DNA of 38,977 bases from Thermoproteota archaeon (GTDB taxonomy: Archaea > Asgardarchaeota > Jordiarchaeia > Jordiarchaeales > Freyrarchaeaceae), in assembly GCA_029258835.1 (NCBI GenBank), contig JAPDJY010000087.1, forward strand, positions 1 through 38,977, in the 5' to 3' direction. Of this stretch, positions 35,845-38,977 are shown piece after piece. A program made the position numbers and the translations under genes. The notes beneath the pieces were generated by a model. It did not search any database and had not been told where the DNA came from. It worked only from the letters and a program-made list of their open reading frames with translations. Within the stretch, counting starts at the first letter, position 1. Every line of letters begins with the position of its first letter.

Positions 35845-37665
35845 TTAGGCTAGCTCAAGCTCCTTAAGCTTCTCATCCCTTGGGATCCCTTCCTCCGTCC
35901 ATCCGCGCAGCTCGTAGTACTCTGGCAGCATCTCGCTAAGCTTGTTAACCTTGCCCTTGGACGGCCCCTCAGGCATCTTCTCCTTCAGCAGCCTCTTAGG
36001 CAGCGTATCCTGTCCCCTGACACCTATCATGCTCATTACCTGTCTTTCGAGGTTGTAGATCCTCTCTCCGATCTTTAAGATGTCCTCTTCCGTCATGTCC
36101 CATCCAGTTATGGCTGACAGAAGGGCGGCGAAGTCTGCTGGTCCAAGGGCGAAGGTTACGAACAGGCACACCGTTGCGGAGTTAACCACAGACGTGAAGT
36201 CTTGGAATGTCTTGACCAGCTGGGCCTTCCCCTCTGTTGCAAACCTGTCGACCGGCTCCGGAGCTAGGATCTCTGGGGCGATGGTGTATCCCGTTACGTG
36301 GCAGCCGCCACGGTTAGCTGTGGCGTAGTTAAGCCCGATCCCCTGCGCTCCTCTTGGGTCGTAGGCGGGTAGTTCAAGCCCTTTAACGCTCATGCTAAGG
36401 TCAGGCATCCCATACTTCTCGGCAAGCTTCCTGGAGCCCATCGCTAAATCCGCCCCTATGCCAACCTTGTAAGCGGTTCTCCACACCGCCTCAACCATCG
36501 CCGCAGCATTGCCGAACTCCAGCTTTAACCCTTGAAGCTGCTCCTGCTTAATCTTCTTCCTTTGCACGAGCTCCATTGCACAAGCGATCGTTGAACCCAT
36601 ACTTATGGTGTCTAAGCCGAGCTCGTCGCAGAAGTGGTTTGCTTTAACTATCGCATCTAACTCTTTCACCCCGCAGTCAGCCCCTAACGCCCAAATGCTC
36701 TCATACTCTGGCCCTTCACTATACTCCACGGTGAATGCTCCCTCAGGAACCCTCGTAACCCTCCCGCATCCAATCGGGCATCCCCAGCATGCCCTCCTCT
36801 TAGTTAGGTACTTTTCCGCTAGTGTTTCACCACTTATCATCTCGGCCTCAGGGAACACTCCTGTCTGGAAGTTTCTCGTTGGGAACATCCCATGGGCGTT
36901 TATTATGTTGACAAGCACGGCTGTTCCATACGTTGGCAATCCTTGACCTGTAACGCTGTTCTCCTTTATCTTCTTCAGGGCCTCCCTCTGTGCCTTCTTG
37001 AACTCCCTTGGCTTCGCAACCTCAACCTTCTGCTTTCCGCCCACGGCGATCGCCTTAAGCTTCTTGCTTCCCATAACGGCTCCTACACCGGTCCTTCCAG
37101 CTGCCCTGTGTTCATCGTTAATTATGCATGATATCAAAACTTGGTTTTCCCCTGCAGGCCCTATACAAGCCACACTAACATTTTTTCCCAGCTCGCTCTT
37201 CAGGGTTCTACAGGTGTCGAAGGTGTTCATCCCCCAGAGGTGGCTTGCGCTCCTAAGCTCCGCCTTTCCATCTATTATGGTCAGGTAGACTGGTTCTTTA
37301 GCTGCCCCCCTGATTATTACACCATCATACCCGGCGAACTTTAAGTGTGGTCCCCATTCCCCACCTGAGTTGGCGCTCGCCACCGACCCGGTGAGAGGAG
37401 ACTTAAGCGCCATAACGTGGTATCTCCCACTCGACGGGAATCCTGTCCCCGTTGCAGGGCCTGTTGCGAAAACCAGTATGTTGTCTGGTCCAAGAGGGTC
37501 CAACTCTGCTAGGTTAACCTTCTTCTTCGAAAGAGCTCTTGCGTGCTCCATTATTATTCTAAGAGCTAAGCCTTTCCCTCCTAGGAACATTTTCAGGTCT
37601 TTCTCTTTAAACGTGTAGTCCCCTATTTTACCTGTAGTCAAGTCGACGTCCAGAAACTTCCCCAT
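35845..37665 (-). CDS. aor: Tungsten-containing aldehyde ferredoxin oxidoreductase
   Basis: KSPLTG, GRTGVGAVMGSKKLKA, CWGCPIGC, EYES, DELGLD, YDPRG, RGGCH, YYELRGW. Confidence 0.95.
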   Translation of the reverse strand: MGKFLDVDLTTGKIGDYTFKEKDLKMFLGGKGLALRIIMEHARALSKKKVNLAELDPLGPDNILVFATGPATGTGFPSSGRYHVMALKSPLTGSVASANSGGEWGPHLKFAGYDGVIIRGAAKEPVYLTIIDGKAELRSASHLWGMNTFDTCRTLKSELGKNVSVACIGPAGENQVLISCIINDEHRAAGRTGVGAVMGSKKLKAIAVGGKQKVEVAKPREFKKAQREALKKIKENSVTGQGLPTYGTAVLVNIINAHGMFPTRNFQTGVFPEAEMISGETLAEKYLTKRRACWGCPIGCGRVTRVPEGAFTVEYSEGPEYESIWALGADCGVKELDAIVKANHFCDELGLDTISMGSTIACAMELVQRKKIKQEQLQGLKLEFGNAAAMVEAVWRTAYKVGIGADLAMGSRKLAEKYGMPDLSMSVKGLELPAYDPRGAQGIGLNYATANRGGCHVTGYTIAPEILAPEPVDRFATEGKAQLVKTFQDFTSVVNSATVCLFVTFALGPADFAALLSAITGWDMTEEDILKIGERIYNLERQVMSMIGVRGQDTLPKRLLKEKMPEGPSKGKVNKLSEMLPEYYELRGWTEEGIPRDEKLKELELA

Positions 37666-37861
37666 GTATCCTCCTGGAATAATTCATCCCCCCATCTAGT
37701 CCGAACCAAAAACATTTTGTCTTTTTCGTAAATATGCTTTTCGTAACGTTCGATATGCCCCATTATACCATTCGGCGATCTCGTAACCAGGAAGCACTTC
37801 AACACACGCTAAAGCCGAAAGATATCTTTCAGGAACAGTATTCCCCTTTCTGCAGGTAAGC

Positions 37862-38977
37862 TTACCTGCTACTTAGGATCTCACGGCCAATCATCGTGTA
37901 AATCTTATGGGACTGGTATAGTGAATCTACTAGTACCCCCTCATCTACTCCGTGAATGTTTCGCCCGATAGGGCCTATCTCAACCAGGTTTCGTATCCCC
38001 TTCTGGAAGAAGAATCGCCCGTCCGAGGCTCCTCCTCCCGCATCATAGGATGGAACCAAGCCAAGCTCCTTGTAAACCTTTTCTGCCACTTGGATTATTC
38101 TCGAATCTTTAATAATGTATGGGGTGGCTCCCTCCCTCACATCCAACTCATATCTAAATCTTCCATATTTTCCCCTGAGCTTTTCAAGCTCCCTCCTAAT
38201 AACTTCCTCGACATTTGCCCTTGTAACTTTAGGCGTGTTTCTAACGTCTATGCACATGTTGGTTACTCTAGGCAGGACATTCTCCTTGAATCCCGCCTCG
38301 AAGATCGTCACTGCAAACGTGGTTCTGGGCATAATATCCATTTCATCCCCCGGGTCAAGCCGCTTCAAAAGGAGAGTGAGCTCCGAGCATATTTCTATGG
38401 AACTCGTGTAGTCCATGTAAACCCTTGAAGAATGCATTTCATCCCCATAAACCTTAAGTCTGACAAGTATTATCCCCCTCCTCCCAACCTTTAACTTGAG
38501 GTTTGTGGACTCACCTATCAAAACGTAGTCAGGCTTCTTCACTTTGGATAGCACGTACGCTGTTCCTTTAAGCCCTCCAGTTTCCTCGTCTCCAACAGCC
38601 ATAAGGACTACTTTCCCCTCTAACCCTTCATGCCTTGAGAGCTCCTCGAAGGCTGTGAGCAGTGCAGCTAACCCCCCCTTCATGTCGGCTGCCCCCCTTC
38701 CATATAGCCAACCATCATGGACAACTGGCTTAAGGGGATGCTGGCTCCAAGCGTCGCTACTCCACGGGACAGTGTCCCAGTGACCGTTGAAGGCCAGCGT
38801 TTCCCCTCCCCTAGAAAACTTCACTTCAGCAACCACGTTCCTTACCCCCTCCCTGTCATACACTTTAACCCTAGAGAAGGGTTTAAGGACGTCTGCTATG
38901 TAATCGGCGCACCCACGCTGGTCGCCTGGAGGGTTAGCTGTGTCAAGCTCGATAAGCCTCTTAGCTAGCTTTAAAAC
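37862..38977 (-). CDS. M20 family metallopeptidase (DapE/ArgE-like), 5' truncated by window edge
   Basis: Frame open to the window end (LIELDTANPPG); NGHWDTVP, GRGAADMKGG, DEETGG, IGE, SDG, HGVDE. Confidence 0.9.
   Translation of the reverse strand, partial: VLKLAKRLIELDTANPPGDQRGCADYIADVLKPFSRVKVYDREGVRNVVAEVKFSRGGETLAFNGHWDTVPWSSDAWSQHPLKPVVHDGWLYGRGAADMKGGLAALLTAFEELSRHEGLEGKVVLMAVGDEETGGLKGTAYVLSKVKKPDYVLIGESTNLKLKVGRRGIILVRLKVYGDEMHSSRVYMDYTSSIEICSELTLLLKRLDPGDEMDIMPRTTFAVTIFEAGFKENVLPRVTNMCIDVRNTPKVTRANVEEVIRRELEKLRGKYGRFRYELDVREGATPYIIKDSRIIQVAEKVYKELGLVPSYDAGGGASDGRFFFQKGIRNLVEIGPIGRNIHGVDEGVLVDSLYQSHKIYTMIGREILSSR

Noticed and set aside
37721-37746. TTTTCGTAA direct repeat upstream of aor
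   Set aside because: Explainable as BRE/TATA promoter sequence; too short to call an operator
1-38977. Selenocysteine or pyrrolysine recoding, tRNA, rRNA, CRISPR arrays
   Set aside because: No conserved gene is interrupted by TGA, TAG ends complete proteins, and no cloverleaf or repeat-spacer pattern was seen by eye

Overview
Gene-dense archaeal window. Evidence for archaeal origin: BRE/TATA promoters, GGAGG/GGGGG ribosome-binding sites, frequent GTG/TTG starts and archaeal gene families. The organism is probably an anaerobic thermophilic heterotroph, since it carries di-myo-inositol-phosphate synthesis genes, a tungsten-type AOR, IorAB and beta-oxidation genes; the exact lineage cannot be determined from the sequence alone. 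Contents in order: two DUF35 proteins, a degraded GNAT-like gene, a Nudix hydrolase, iorAB, a decayed IS607-like element (tnpA HTH remnant plus frameshifted tnpB), a DtxR-feoB unit with a palindromic operator, an acyl-CoA/beta-oxidation cluster, a winged-helix/LigD-Pol-like primase-polymerase with degenerate catalytic motifs, an FGGY kinase, an M28 peptidase, a gamma-CA, an ArsR-like regulator divergent from IPCT-DIPPS and a DNPH1/NDT-QueF-like fusion, a CoADR/Nox flavoprotein, thi4, a thiamine-binding protein, an HDAC-family protein, a class III aminotransferase, a metallophosphoesterase, an HTH-Zn ribbon protein, a beta-helix protein, an AOR-MoaD-radical SAM-FmdE-(AlkP-HD fusion) cluster and a partial M20 peptidase. 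No tRNA, rRNA or CRISPR array was seen. The most novel candidate is the nucleotide N-glycosidase/QueF-like fusion (possible 7-deazaguanine/archaeosine salvage). It is followed by the catalytically degenerate primase-polymerase and the AlkP-HD fusion in the tungsten-enzyme cluster. All product calls come from motif recognition by eye; no database searches were run.
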